Shown: positions 1 through 13,459 of the stretch, piece after piece
Layout: each line of letters opens with the position of its first letter
Numbering within the stretch: position 1 is the stretch's first letter
Origin: Anthoceros angustus
Lineage: Eukaryota > Plantae > Anthocerotophyta
Length of the DNA: 64,000 nt
NCBI GenBank assembly: GCA_010909165.1
Contig: MU008163.1
Span: forward strand, 1,116,001 to 1,180,000
Reading direction: 5' to 3'
Program-made: the position numbers and the translations under genes
The notes under the pieces: generated by a model
The model's input: only the letters and a program-made list of their open reading frames with translations
Databases searched by the model: none
Told to the model about the DNA's origin: nothing

Positions 1-129
1 ATCGTTGCAGTTATCAGTTTGGAGTTTTGTTCCTTGGTTGCGTTCTGTGATTTGCATGTTGCTATGTGTCTGGTCCTTGCAAACATCTTTGATTCGAACT
101 CATGTTTGTGTGGTGTGTTTTTTGTTTCA

Positions 130-1520
130 GTGAAGTACTGGCTGGGAGACGCTCAGATGTATAAGACGTTTTCTCGACGTAAGAACATTGGTTCATTGCT
201 CATATGTCTGAGGTGTATGTCTCTGTGGTTTATTGTCCTACTTGTGTCGCATTGTTGTGTGACCTTTATTTTCCGCCCGGTTTGCTGCATTTTTGTTTTG
301 TGTCGCTTTCTTTCCCATGCATGTGTGTCGATGTTATTTTGCGTAAGTCGATGTTGTATGTTCTTTGTTGTTTACAACAAAACTAATTGAACTGTGACCG
401 ATGCTTGGACTAGAAACTACATAAGCTGATCGTTGTTTTTTCTAAGCTTGGTGTGTTATTAATTATCTTTTCCTTATCTGGTTGTGTGACTTTCATCAAG
501 TCTGAGTTCAATTTGTTTTATTGTTTTGGACTTGATTGTGTTTGGTTGTTTTTTTCAGGTGAATCATACATTTTCTTAGCGAGACTGAAATTTGGAACAA
601 GATCTGAGTCCGTCACTCGCCAACTGTGGTATGTTGCATGTCTATCAATCGTTTGTGTCTATGGCTCTCTGGCTGTGTCATGTTTGCAGGTCTTTTTGTG
701 GTCTATTGGTACATGTGTTTTGTTTGTGTTATATATCGCTTTCCGATGCCCATGTCCTTTTGATGTATGTTTTCGGCAATAAGAACATTGGTTTATTTGC
801 TCGGATGTCTTGATTGTGTATATGCATCTTTGTTTTATTGTCCTATAAGGTTGCATTGTTGTGTGACCTTTTTATTTCTTTTGTCTTTCTGCATTTTTGT
901 TTGTTTTGGCTCTTTTCTTGGCGGTTGTTTGTGTCATCGTTGCTACCTTCGATGTTGTATGTGTTCTTTGTTGTTTACAACCAAAACTAATTAGGTGTGT
1001 TCTGGACTAGCATAAGATGTTGTTGTTTTCTGGGCTTCGGTGTGTTATTAATTATCTTTTGCTTATCTGGTTGTGTGACTTTCTGTTAAGTCCTGTACAG
1101 GTTCAATTTGTTTTATTGTTTTGGACTTGATTGTGTTTGGTTGTTTTTTTCAGGTGAATCATACATTTTCTTAGCGGAAATTTGGAACAAGATCACGTCA
1201 AATCTCACTATTGTGGTATGTTGCATGTCTATCAATCGTTTGTGTCTATGGCTCTGGCCGTCATGTTTGCGTCTTTGTGGTCATTGGTATGTGTTATGTT
1301 TGTGTTATATGCTCGACCGCCTCCAGATGTCCTTGACGGTGTATGTTTGCATCCTGTCATTGTCTTATACACAGGCTTCTGCATTGTTGTGTGATATTTT
1401 TCTTTTGCTGCCTGTTTGCTGGATTTTTTGTGTTCGTGTGCGCTTTCCGCGGGTTGATTTGTCTGACTGTTGTTGCCCACTTTTGTGTCTGACTGTCTTT
1501 GTTTGTGTATGTTTGTTTTG
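130..1520. repeat. Degenerate ~590-600 bp tandem repeat (about 2.5 copies), T-rich and intron-like, each unit carrying a small AG/GT-bounded exon-like block
   Basis: GTGTGTTATTAATTATCTTT recurs at 451 and 1040; AAGAACATTGGTT at 181 and 781; tttcag|GTGAATCATACATTTTC...TGTG|gtatgt at 559-628 and 1154-1215. Confidence 0.8.
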
Positions 1521-1599
1521 ATAAGGCCTCAAGGGCTTTTGAACGCATTTTTTCTTAATATTTGTTCAATTTGTACTAACTACTATGGGAACTCTTTTA

Positions 1600-4500
1600 T
1601 TTTGTAGGACTTGAAATTCAAGTTTGAAGGCTGTGGCAACATCTTTACTCTGGTCTGTTGGGGAATGAAAAAAGTTTTTGCTGAATGGTTTGTATGCATG
1701 TTCTGCTGTTTTCGTTGTGTTTTCTTTGGGGCTTCTTTGCTTTCTTTGTTCACTTCACATCTCACTCGCCAGAAAGGTTTTTTTTTGTTTCAGGAAGGGT
1801 TTTGGTATTTGTTCTCTCTAACATGGACGTAGCTGATCTCTCTAACATAAAGCAAAGGGGATTTACAAGAATAACAATGTATAGATTTAAGGAGTGTTCT
1901 GTGTTACATCTCCCACTGTCCTTTTCTCTTAGATTGTCTTATAATCAACTGTCAGACCTTCCAGCAGGTTTTTATCTGGAATTCGCAAACACAATGTAAG
2001 TGTCAAGATTGTCACTTGCTTCTCTGTTTGTATACTATTTTTTTTTGAATGAATTTGACTTTTCTGTGTTCATTGCAGATGGCTCCCAAAAGAAAACCAA
2101 CTGGGCCTGCTGGACCGGGAAAGAAGCAAGGGTCCCTGGCCGAAGTCATGGCTAAGTCACACTAGACATGTGGTCACCGCCCTCCATCGCAACTCATCCA
2201 CCGCAGGATGATGGTAAAGTTGATGGTGTCTTGGTGCATGTGAAGGAACATATTTAGTTCCAAAAAAGCATTCCTAAACCGCCAAGGCACTTCTCATCCA
2301 AGAAGGATGCTCGACGTACCGAGTTTCAGTGTAAGAGGAGAAGGGTGGACACTGACTGGCATTGGTTGAAGGTCCTCTTGGAGATTACTAACTATGTCCC
2401 TTGTCGAGAGAGGGGTCCAGCTTGTGGGGAGAATGATTTCTTGATAACGACGATCCCATGGTTGTGATGCCAAAGCCTCTGAGTCTAGAGATTTGTGCGT
2501 GGTTGAACAGATGCTTTACAGTGGGCGCTTCCATGCTCTGTGGTTCCCCGACCGAGTCATCCCCCGATCAAGAAGTGCTCGATATGTTTGAGAGGCTAAA
2601 GTGTGGTCCCAAGATGACTTTGCCATGGGTATGGAGGAAATTGATGATGAAGAAATTTTCGAGAGCAGTGGATTTGACCTGGTCCCGTGAGGGAGGTGAA
2701 TGATGCTTTGAGTGGGGAGGATAGGTCCAAACGCGTAATAACCGTGTCAAGTCGCCTCGTGGCCTTTATGAAAGTGAGTGGGTGGATGGGATCATTGCTG
2801 AGGATATTCCTTACAAGGATCTAAATCTTATTCGATACCCTTTTTCCATCAAGTTCGAATCAAGGACAACAGGAGATTTTCTCCGTAAACGTAAGTAGTG
2901 ATGTTTTCTTACTTGTTGATTTTGATAGTTCGACTTCTCATGACCGATTGCCGATCTTCACTTGTGCAGTGATGTCTTTCTTTCGTGGGTTTAACCGAAT
3001 TTTAAGTGCATCCAACCAAAGCCGCTTGGTTCGATGTTCCATGATCAACATGTTTCATGGAATTTTCCATGGGTCCCTTGGTTGCCCATGAAAATCAAGA
3101 AGGACCTTGGGATTGTGTCATGTCGAAAAGAGGTGAAGTTGATTGATGATGATGAGCGACCGATTCTTTCACACGTAGATCATCAATGCTCATTTTGGGG
3201 CTAAAAGGTAATATTGTTGGTTTTGGGGTGCACTTTGATTGTTCATTTATGGTCTTAAACGAGCCCTTATGCTATTTTTTGTGTGTGCATATTTTGCATG
3301 ACCAGTTTGGAGTTCGAGGTGGTGAAGAGTTACATAACCCGCTCATTAGGGACTTCTCATTTGCATCGATTCAGGACCTTTTGTTCAAGAGGGTGTAGTC
3401 TTTTTGTTTCTGTTTGTTTGATGTTTTGATGTATCAGATTGAGCTCGCTTTCATTTGCGTATGAAGAACGCTTCAAAAATTACAAAGTGGATATGAAGAA
3501 CTACCAGAGTGCATTTTCCAAAAGGTCAAGATCTACGAAAAGGACGTTATCGAAACTTTAAAGTCATATTGATCACTCTCCCAAGTGGTCTCGAAACGAC
3601 AAGAATTTGTCAATTCAGGGTTTCTTCAATTCAACCATTGATAACCCAAGATCAATGTAAGTTTTTGGTTTATTTTGAGTTTTGTGGTTTGTATTTACTA
3701 ACTGCTTGTTTTTTGTTCTAGGCTTGGTATGCAAAACTTCGTGTTTCAAAAGGAATGCTGTCAAGATTTATGAAGACCATGGTCAAGCAGGGCTATACTA
3801 CACCAATAAAGAGCTGCCGTGTAACGATGATTACACGCTTGACGATGGCTCGTGCCTCGATGCCGGGAGAAGTGTGACCGCCATAAACGGATGCTGGATT
3901 TTCAAGGTAATATGTTGTGAAAGCTTGTGACATTTGAGTCTTTGTATGTTCCTTCTCGTTTCATATGCGATATGACCGGGTCAAGCAAAAGCAAACCGCA
4001 AGAGTTCTTGTTCGTGAACGCAGATCTTATCGGAGCTTTTAAATGAAGAACTCAATCGGATGCGTGATGATTTAAGGGTGTTCTTCCGTCAATGGTTGAA
4101 TGTAACTCAAATAGTATTTTCGAGTCACCAAGATCGGCCTTGCAAGTGCAACACGTTAGTAATGTAAGTGTTGAGATTTGTATCAAGTATGTAGGGATTG
4201 TGTGTCAAAATCTGTCCCGACGATTTGTCGTCTTTCCTCGTGGCCACCGTTATTCATCATGAAAGGCACGAACAATGTTGACCGAATCGAGTTTTTCGCA
4301 CCATGTGGTCCACCGTGTCTTGAAGTTCGTGTTGGTATTGTGTTGCTTTGTTGTAGTCCGCCATGTTAGTTTTTTTAATCATACGGTTCTTGTTTTTATT
4401 GTGCACCTCAAAGCTGCCAAGGCATCCAGATGGATACTAGCATCAACGACGGTGTTCTAGAAATTCCATATGTTGACAAGGTTGATTCTTTTTGTTGTTT

Positions 4501-5350
4501 TCATTCATTTTGGAGTTTCGATTGTGTTCTTCGTTGTGAATCCGACTAGTTTAAGTGCCATCCTCATTTCAACATTGATACACCGAGGGAAGTGGATGGC
4601 CCTCCCTTGGAGGGCATTGTGAGTGAGTGTGATCACCATCCGGGTTAACCAGACAAAATGTGGTGGTAGCACCTCGATATATTGCACGGATCGCAAATGG
4701 AAATGGAAGTGGCTTTGAGCACGGCTTGCCGAGATCTCCGAGAACGGGAATTGGAGAATGACAAATTAAAACAGAAATGGAGTTTCAGGCAAAAGGATTT
4801 GGAGGCACTTATAGAGACAGAAAAAGCTTGAATTACGAGTCTCTAAGCAAGAGAGAAAGCCCTTGAGATTCGAGGCGGAGAAATGCGAGAGGAGACAAGA
4901 GCATATTAAGCATCAAGAGAATCAAGCAGCAGCAGAAGAGCAGCAAGAGGTTCGGAGATTAGGGAAAGACAGAGCGTAAGGATGTGCCTCGAGATATTTC
5001 AATCGCTATCTCGAAAATCCGGGATTTGTAAGCTTTATGCTTTTATTAATCTTTACTAGATTGAAAATTAATGGTTGTGTTGTTTTAGGTTGTGACCTGA
5101 AGATGGTCAATGCCCAAGTCCTCGCCTTCATCAATTGGTTGCCAATTATGATAATGCTGCAAGTACCAATGCCAAGTGGTCGTGAAAATTACATTTTCAA
5201 TCAGATAATTGTAGAAATTTCCCAAAATAAGGTGAGTATCAATGTTTTTTATTTTAGTGTTTACTAGTATCAGCGTAATTACGGTTTGGTGCTAATTTTG
5301 GTTTTGTTTGTAGGTTTCTTGTTGAAGTAGTTCACTCTATACTTATTTAC
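1600..5350 (+). pseudogene. Degenerate multi-exon ORF of unknown family, probably transposon-associated
   Basis: Several yag|...|gtaagt-bounded blocks; ttgcag|ATGGCTCCCAAAAGAAAA (MAPKRKPTGPAGPGKKQ) near 2079; acidic segment near 2600-2700; charged coiled-coil near 4700-4980 (LRERELENDKLKQK). Many stops and frameshifts, no family recognised. Confidence 0.3.
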
Positions 5351-5850
5351 TCTTCATTAGTTGAGTATTTCATAATTCGATATACAGAAACTCGCAAAGA
5401 AAAGGGTTCTTTGTTGGTTTTTTGTATATCCCGGATCCGCATGAATATTATTTAATGTAAAATGTTTTTGTCGATTAGCGATTTTGGTGGGATTTCTAGA
5501 ATGAGCTTCTACTAGACGCACTGGTATTCACTTGGTCGCCATGTTTTCTACCTAGTGCCTGCTTTTCCACCTTGATGGTAGATCATATCCACCCACTTGG
5601 CATGTTTTCTACTATAGTAATGAATTTTACTATACTGGTAAAATAATGGCCAAAAGGCCGATTCTCTCTAAAAATTCACCCGCACTTCCCGAAAAAACTA
5701 ATCCGGGCCACGAGGCCCTGCACAGGCCGCGACTCTTTTACGCCACGGTGGAGTGTGACACCATCAAACCCATTCACGTTATAATGGCAAGTATGCCGTT
5801 ATTATTTTATAACACCAATATCACGAGATCTTGCTACGTGATATGGTGCG

Positions 5851-7973
5851 TTAAAAGCCATATGTTTGTAGTAGTGATTCATCCTCGATAAAGAAACGGG
5901 CCAAAGCACGATGAGCCCATCCCTTGGTAGCGGAGGAGGCGAGGAGGTCCGTTAAATTTAGGACCAAAATAGTGATACCTAGATAAGTATAGGATCGAAC
6001 CATCTCCACCTCACCATCATAATAAAATTTGCAATCACCCTTGTAATCCCGAGTGTTGAACCGCATAATCTTGGTCTTGCAGATTGACAAAGAGACCCTT
6101 GGTTTTGCAAAAAGGGATAAAACATCCAGCTGCCTTCTCCGGGAATGAGGTAAAAGAACAATATCATCCGTGACATAGGAGGATAGGAATATTTTCCAAA
6201 TAGCCGAGCACCGTGGTCGCCAGATCAAGAAGCCATTCTCAAGCTCATCAATATACAACCCAAAGAGATTTGGGGACAAAGGGTCGCTGAACGCCAAGTT
6301 GATAGGATCCGTGGAAGACAAACCACGGGAGTCTTGATTCGAGCAAAGACCCTTTTGTAGAGAAGGGTAGCAAAGATGCCACAAATGAGGAGGCATCTTA
6401 AGAGATTGAAGTCTCACAAACAACTTATCCCAAGGCACGAGTTGAAAGCACGCTTAAAGTCAACAAAACAAAGAGACGTGCTTCTTCGATGTCGAGCCCC
6501 TTCAACAATAGCCCGAGGGTAAAAGATGATCCAAAGTATTCGACGAAACCGCTTGGCCCCCGAGCACGCACCTTAGCCTCCTCACTGTGGACGTAGTCAA
6601 GATCTCCAAACAAGAGCTAAAGATCTTAGCATAGATAGACTCACGGTGATAAATCGGTAATTAGAAGGGAGATAAGGGTCGCCACTTGAGAATGGAGTGG
6701 ATATCATTCTCACACCAAGGATCGGAAACCGAAAGACAAAGCATCATTAAATGAGAGGCAAGATGCGAGGAGAAGGAGGTAGAGTCAAACCGGAATAAAT
6801 CCCTGTGGATACCATTAGGGTGAGTCGACTACCTCGAAGCTCCGGACAGCACGGCAACTAGATTGGCGGAAAACCCGAGACCGTGGATCGAGGAAGTGGA
6901 AGGCGAGGGATGTGGTAAAGACTATGAACATAGGAGAGGAGTTCAGAGTGGCTTTGAGAAGAATGGGTGAGCGGGTGGAATTCCTTCCAAAAGGCGAGCC
7001 ACCGGGACGCTCAAGCAGAGATAAGACGGTGTGTTCTTGGATGAATTGGGACTTTTCATGGAGATGAAGGCTTTGTAAGGCTTGACAAAGGGCTTTGTAA
7101 AGAGCGGAATGGGATCCGGGAGGAGATTAAGGCGAAAGTGAGATGCAATTGAGAGCGCATGCGCTACAATCCGTGATCAAACCAGTGGATGGCGGGGTTG
7201 GTTTGCACGGGAGGATGGCAAAATTTGAAAGGAAAAGTGGAGCGGCAGAGGTTAGAACAAATAGAGGCAAGTGGCAACAAGCAAGAAAAGGGAGGGGGGG
7301 AATGGAAGCAAGGAGGAGCGGAGCAAGCTGGAAAATTGGGGTACAAGGTCTTGTGGAAAGGTGAATCTGGGAGAGACAAGGGAGGGAGGGGATCCCGAGG
7401 GGCGGAGGAACAAAGATCAAAACAATCGAAGATGGTCGACTCCAAACATGTGGAGTCCAGAGTCCGAGCCTAGAAATACGCGAGAAGGCCGACGTCACCA
7501 ATAACATAATCCAACTCGCTAGAAGAGGAACCATCTCAAGAAAGAATTACGCTACCGTCCACCAACGGGAGTCCGTTGAAAATGACCATGTTGTGGGATT
7601 CAAGAAGACGTAAAGGGCAACACCATAGGAATTTAGTGGATGGGTGTCGAGGAAGACCGATCGAGCCCGAGGTCGTGATCCACCGAGAAATTTTGTCGAA
7701 ATCCAAGGAATCATAGATAGCCCTTGTTGACAACCGTCCAAGCGCTTGAAGTCCCCAACGAGAAGAATATCAAGAATAGGGGAAAACTGAGATGGACTCA
7801 GAGAGATCCGCATATGGATTACCGCCCTGAGCATATTTGGAGGACCTTGGAGGGAAGTAACTGACGCCAACATATAAGTCACAGTGAGAAGAGAAAAGAG
7901 CAGCACTGAACCTGTGAGGACAGAGCTCGTCGTGACGAATAAGGGAGATAAAAGGAGTCAAGGACTCCCAAGC
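5851..7973 (-). mobile_element. Non-LTR retrotransposon (LINE) ORF2 remnant: APE endonuclease plus reverse transcriptase, 5'-truncated
   Basis: Minus-strand motifs in order: YFPPRSSKY, ILLVGDF(K), LESHNMVIFNG, ELDYVI (endonuclease); GDPYLPSNYRFITV, (F)VDFKRAFN..PWDKL, DPLSPNLFGLYIDEL, YVTDDIVLL, KTKIMRF, YTYLGI (RT). Confidence 0.9.
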
Positions 7974-8001
7974 TCTGATACCAGTTGAAGGATCGTGTGG
8001 T
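7974..8001 (-). mobile_element. Copia LTR 3' tip plus tRNA-Met PBS in minus orientation, abutting the LINE
   Basis: Reverse complement reads CACACGATCCTTCAAC-TGGTATCAGAGC, matching the LTR end and PBS at 24335-24358. Confidence 0.85.
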
Positions 8002-8199
8002 CCGTGTATTTTGCCGTTGACTATTCCACTCGAGTATTCTACCGAATATTTCGAGAATTTTTCTCGCCACCGCCGGCTGCTCGCACCTTTAACTCAGACC
8101 GCCGCACTGCCCGCCTCCGGCCACGTTAGCCACTGGGCCATCACGCGACGGCCACCGCTGGCGCTCATGCCACCATACAAAGACGGGCTTGCTACCACA

Positions 8200-11100
8200 A
8201 GAATACCCTCCAATAGGGCTCATCTCAATGTGAGAGAGTTACACTTGCCTCCTCTCTCCTCTTGTTTCCACCATCATGTGCTGCCACACGATCCTTCAAC
8301 CGCATCGAGCTAGAATTTGGCTGTGTTGTGATGCTTAGAATTTTCTAGCCGCAGGGCAGCCTGGAATTGAAGGGTGATCCAGATCGCGGCGAGCGCGAGG
8401 GCTCACGCCGCAGAGGCCGTGAGCGGGGCGAGCGCGAGCCCGCGAGCCGCGTGCCGCGAGGCCGCCGCTGGCACGGTGGAGGCCGTGGCGCGCGGGCCGG
8501 CGCGCACGGAGGCCGCGACAGCGCCGCGGCGAGCGGCGCTGGGCGCCGCCTGACGCAGGAGTGGCGCGCGCTGAGCGCGGGCAGGCCGCACGGGGGACGC
8601 GGCGCGGCGAGCGCGAGCGGCCGCGCGCCGCCCGCGGCGCGCGGCGTGCCATGCGCGAGCCGCGGGCGCCGCGCGGGCGCCGCTGGCGATGCGGGCGCCG
8701 GCGCGGCGCGCGCCCGCGGGCGTGGGCGCAGTGGCGGGGCGCTGCGCGCGCGCGGGCGTGGCGCGAGCGCGGCGCTGGCCGCGCGAAGCCGTGAGCGCGG
8801 GCGCGCCGGCGGGTGCGCGAGCCGCGGGCGCTGCCGGCGCAGGCTGGGTTGGCGCGGCGGTGGTTGGCGAGGGCGCCGGTGGCCGGCGCGGTGGCTGGGC
8901 AGGCGCGCGGGCGCGCGGGTGCGGCAGACAGAAAGGGTGCCGAACGCGTGGTGAGCGTAAAATTAAATATTTGGTGGAATACTCAGTGGAATAGTCAACG
9001 CAAAATACACCGCGGATCGCTTTCTTCTTTGACTTTTCCGACAAGCGAGTTGAGTGTTTTATCAGTATCGATTTTTGAGTCATGATGTCTTCATCATCGA
9101 AAACGTCATGTTCAATATCGAGAAGTTAGATGGTACTAACTTCCCGCTCGGAAAGAACAAGTGTATAATGTTCTAGTGCGTAAAAGCGATCAAGCCCATA
9201 AAGTTGTTAGGCCAAACCGATAGTATGACTGGATGAGTGGCGTGGACTGGATGAGCTTGCTAGATCTACTATCATGCTAACATTGTCAAAAGGTACTTCA
9301 ATGTGAAAGATAAGACCACGAGTTACGATGTGGCGGTTGTGTGACTGTATGAGAAGCAAAGTGCGGCTTCTCGTGTATTGGTTGAAACAATTGGTGGACT
9401 TGAAGATGAAGGAAGGGACGAGGATGTCCGATCATCCGAATGATTTCAATACCATTTTCAGCCGACTCTCATCTCAAGGTATCACGCCCCATTCCGTGAG
9501 AGCTATGTTTCTGGTCACATTACGGAGAGTTGGGACACCTTTCATGCCTCGAGTAATTCCGCCTCGCTAGTGGTCTTACCATTGTAAATGTAGAAGGTAG
9601 CCTGTTAACGAGGAGGTGAGCAGGAAAAACATGGAACCTTCCAAAGGTTCCGGTGCCCTCATAGTGAGAGGGAGGTCCACTGCGAAGGGAAGCAACGACG
9701 TGTTTCTCGTAGCAAATCTCGTAGTCGTAACAAGAATGTGGAGTGTCACTATTGTCACAAAGGGGTCACTTCAAAGAGAGTGCGAGAAGTTCAAAAGGAC
9801 CAAGGAAAAGAAGAAGGGACGACAAGAAGGCGACTTCAGTTGGAAGAGTTAAACGTTGAGGACGGAGATGTCCTTATCTCTTCTTACTTGAATGCCAATT
9901 AACTGTACCGTGGATAGTCATTTATTCGCAATTGGATAATTGACTGCATCTTTCCATGTTACTCCTCATAGAGAGTGGTTTAACGATGATGCTACAAGGA
10001 AAAGGATGCGTTAGAAAATAACTATGCATGCGATCGCAGCGTGATGTGCAACTCAAGTTTGACAACGGATTCTTCAAAAGCATGTTGGTTGACAGTTTAG
10101 GCTGATGAGATGATCAGAGACAAAGGTTTTGTGTTTGGGATCACCAAGATCTCAAAGATCTCTGTTGGTGGATCAAGGTTTGGCACTTCTCAGCATGTTC
10201 AAGGAATGAAGTCTATTATTACATATGTCTCGGAATGATCTGTTATTTCAACTTCTCGATCTTGTGCTTATATGGGAAGCATAAAATCATCACATCGAAC
10301 ACGAGGTAAAAGTAGAGTAAACCTCTTGAGTTGGTTGATGTATGTGGACCTATGCCCATCGCATCATTAGCCTCCTATTTTGTCACTTTCATAGATGATT
10401 TCTCACGCAAGGTGTGGGTTTATCCTTTGAGGAAAAAGGATGAAGTTCGACGGTGTTTAAATTTGTCACCCTTGTAGAGAATCACACCGATTGAAGTGTC
10501 TAAGGAGATAATGGTGGAGAGTATGTGAAAGCTTTCCATTCTGATTCCAAGGGAATCAAAAGAGAATTGATCAGATACTCCTCCACAAAATGGTGTGGCC
10601 GGATGAAGAACCATTCGTGAGAGGATGCGTAGTTTGTTGTCAAACTCGGATTGCCTAATGGGTTTTGGGCGATTCATCGTTCATCTTATTAACGATCTCC
10701 TAATAGTTGATGAGCGGTTCCAGAGGAGCTATGGTGCGGAAAGAAACCATCCTACAAGCATGAGTGTTTGGTCATGAGGCATCGCCATGTTCCAAAAGAG
10801 TTTCGGGACAAGTTGGCACCTAAGTCCAAGAAATGTATTTTTCTTGGCTATGGTGATTCGTGAGATGGGATACCGCTGGGATCCAAGGCTAGAAAGGTTG
10901 TTCGACTAACGACGTGTTCTTCAATGAGAACAAGATGCTGGAAGCCTACTCCGTGGAGGTGCGAAGGGTGATCTTCCAAGAAGATGGACATGATCATCAT
11001 GGGCGTTGATAACGGTAATGTGCGAGCACATTCCTCCACAGATGAACCAAGAGTCGAACAAGCACCTATAGAGGTGCTGTGCTTCGAGGTCGCAGATTAC

Positions 11101-12870
11101 ACGACCTCCGGCGTGATCCATCTGGATTATGTTATGCCGACAGATTGGGGAACCCTCTTCTTACAAAGAGGCCATGTCAACGAGTAACAAAGAGAAGTGG
11201 GAGAAGGCCATGCATAAAATGAATTACGCATAAGAACCAAACTTGGGAGTTGGTTGTTGCCTAAGGATAAGAAGGCACTACTGCAAATGGGTGTACAAGA
11301 TGAAGGTCATACTTGATGGCAAACCAAAGTACAAGGCACGATTGGTTGCTAAGGGTTTCAAGCAACAAGCATTGACTTTGATGAGATTTTCTCACCGAGT
11401 CAAAATGACAACTTTGCGATGTGTTCTTGCTTTGGTTGCTGTGAATGATATGGAACTTATGATGGATGTCAAGACGGCATTCTTGCATGGTGACCTTCAA
11501 GAGGACGTCTACATGCAAAGAAAGAAGGTTTTGTTGAGAAGGGCAAAGAGCATCTGTGCGGTTGAGGAAGAGCCTTTATGGTTTGAAACAGCACCCGAGA
11601 GTGGTATCACAAGTTCCACTCATTTATGCTTTCTCAAGGCTACAAACGTAGCGATGAGGATCATTGCCTCTATACGAAGCTAAGGATCAAAGCTTGCTCA
11701 TTTTGATCCTCTATGTGGATGATATGCTAATTCGAACAAGATCGATGAGATTTCGTTGAAGTCAAAGTTGAATGCTCACTTTGAAATGACAGACTTGGGA
11801 GAGGCGAGCCATATACTTGGCATGCGATTCGTGGAATGCATATAAGCGCTTTATTTGTCTCAGAATACATTAACAGTGCTTCAACGTTTCAACATGGAGG
11901 GGGAAGCCATTGGGTACTCCATTGCCTCCATATGTGAAACTTTCAAGCGCGGATTGCCCAAGCTCCGAGGAGGACAAAGTGAAATGGAGAAGGTCCCATA
12001 CTCATCACCGTAGGGAGTTTGATGTATGCAATGATTGCTACACATTGCCTTTGCGTGGAGTGGTTAGCGTGTTATGTCAAACCGCAAGAAGCATTGGGAG
12101 GCGATAAAAGGAGTTATGAGGTATCCGAATGGTACAAAAGCTTTGTGCATATGTTTTGGTAGTGAAGATGCATGTGGGGTACATGAGGATATGGACAAAA
12201 GGAGGTCCACATCGTTATGTCTTCATGTGCACCGGAGGGGCGCCTCATGGCGATCTCTGCGATCGTGCATTACGCTATCTACCACAGAGGCCGAGTATGT
12301 TGCGAATCGAGGCTTGCAAGGAAGCCATATGGCTTGCCTGCTTAGTGGGAGACTTGGGGATCAAGGTTGAGTCCGGTTGCATTGTGATAGCAGTGCTATC
12401 CAATTGGCAAAGAATCCGGTTTCATGCGAAGACTAAACATGTGGATGTGAAGTATCACTTCATTCGAGAGGTGTTGATGACAAGAGGGTACAACTTGTCA
12501 AGGTTCACACCAACTCGCAGATATTCTTACCAAGGGACTCTCTAGCAATTTGCACAAGCTGGACATCGATGGGCATGAGATAGTCCATTCTCCACGAAGG
12601 TAAATTGGCCTTTAAGTGGGAGGTTGTAAGGGTATTAAAGTTCAATGTACTTAGACTAATACACTTAGTCTAAGTTAGGTGTCGATTAAGTATCATTAGT
12701 TTAGTGAAGCTAATCACTAGGAAGCTTCTTGTGCTCCTTCCTAGGGGCTTCTTGTGGAGCTTCCTAGGGAGCCTATTGGAGGTATAAATACCCTCCAAGC
12801 CTCATCTCAATGTGAGAGAGTTACACTTGCCTCCTCCTCTCCTCTTTCCACCATGGCTCATGATCCTTTG
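8200..12870 (+). mobile_element. Ty1/copia LTR retrotransposon (Tork/Tnt1-like), copy 1, heavily frameshifted
   Basis: Partial 5' LTR about 8200-8298; GC-rich leader; gag ATG at 9082 (FNIEKLDGTNF); RT motifs [39 protein letters not shown]; RNase H region; PPT AAGTGGGAGG; 3' LTR starting TGTAAGGG at 12625. Confidence 0.93.
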
Positions 12871-13459
12871 AAGCATCAGCCTTGGGAGAGTTCTTTGGTT
12901 GTGTCTAGGTAGCTGAATATCGGGAGAGAGAAGCGCAAGGGTATGATGCTCATGAGGCTCGATAGAGCACATCCCGGCAATCACGAGAGATCAAGCATTA
13001 GCCGGTGTAGATTGATAGATCCGTTTCCTTGAGCGGAGATCACTCACGGAATCTAGGACATGTCGGCGGTCTTGGTTCCAGCCAACTAGGTGCATCAAGA
13101 AATCCATTGACCCTCGATTTTGCCTTCTTATAGTCCACCAATTGCTTCACGGTCCTTAGAGGGTAGGTCGGGGTTGACAAATATCTCGGCCTTTTAGTTT
13201 GTGATGCTGGCAGCCTGCTCGGGTGGCGCGCGTGGGGGCCGAGAATGGTCCTTACCCATCTCAGCGTGTTGCCCCACCTTGATAGCGGGATGGAGTGAGC
13301 GGTGGAAGGAGCAGCTGTGATTGTTAAGCTCTGCGCGCACACTTAGCAAGTGTGGCCCAGCGCAGCATTGGCACCCCTTACAGCCGCCCACTTGAGCCGT
13401 GCGGGAGGCCGCCCGTGGCCGGCAGGCCATCTAGCGCATCGCGGCCGGCCCTTCCGACA

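Noticed and set aside
8335-9085. Long Arg/Ala/Gly-rich ORFs on both strands (also 13343-14257)
   Set aside because: Stop-free frames expected from extreme GC content in the copia leader; no domain motifs and not conserved between the two copies.
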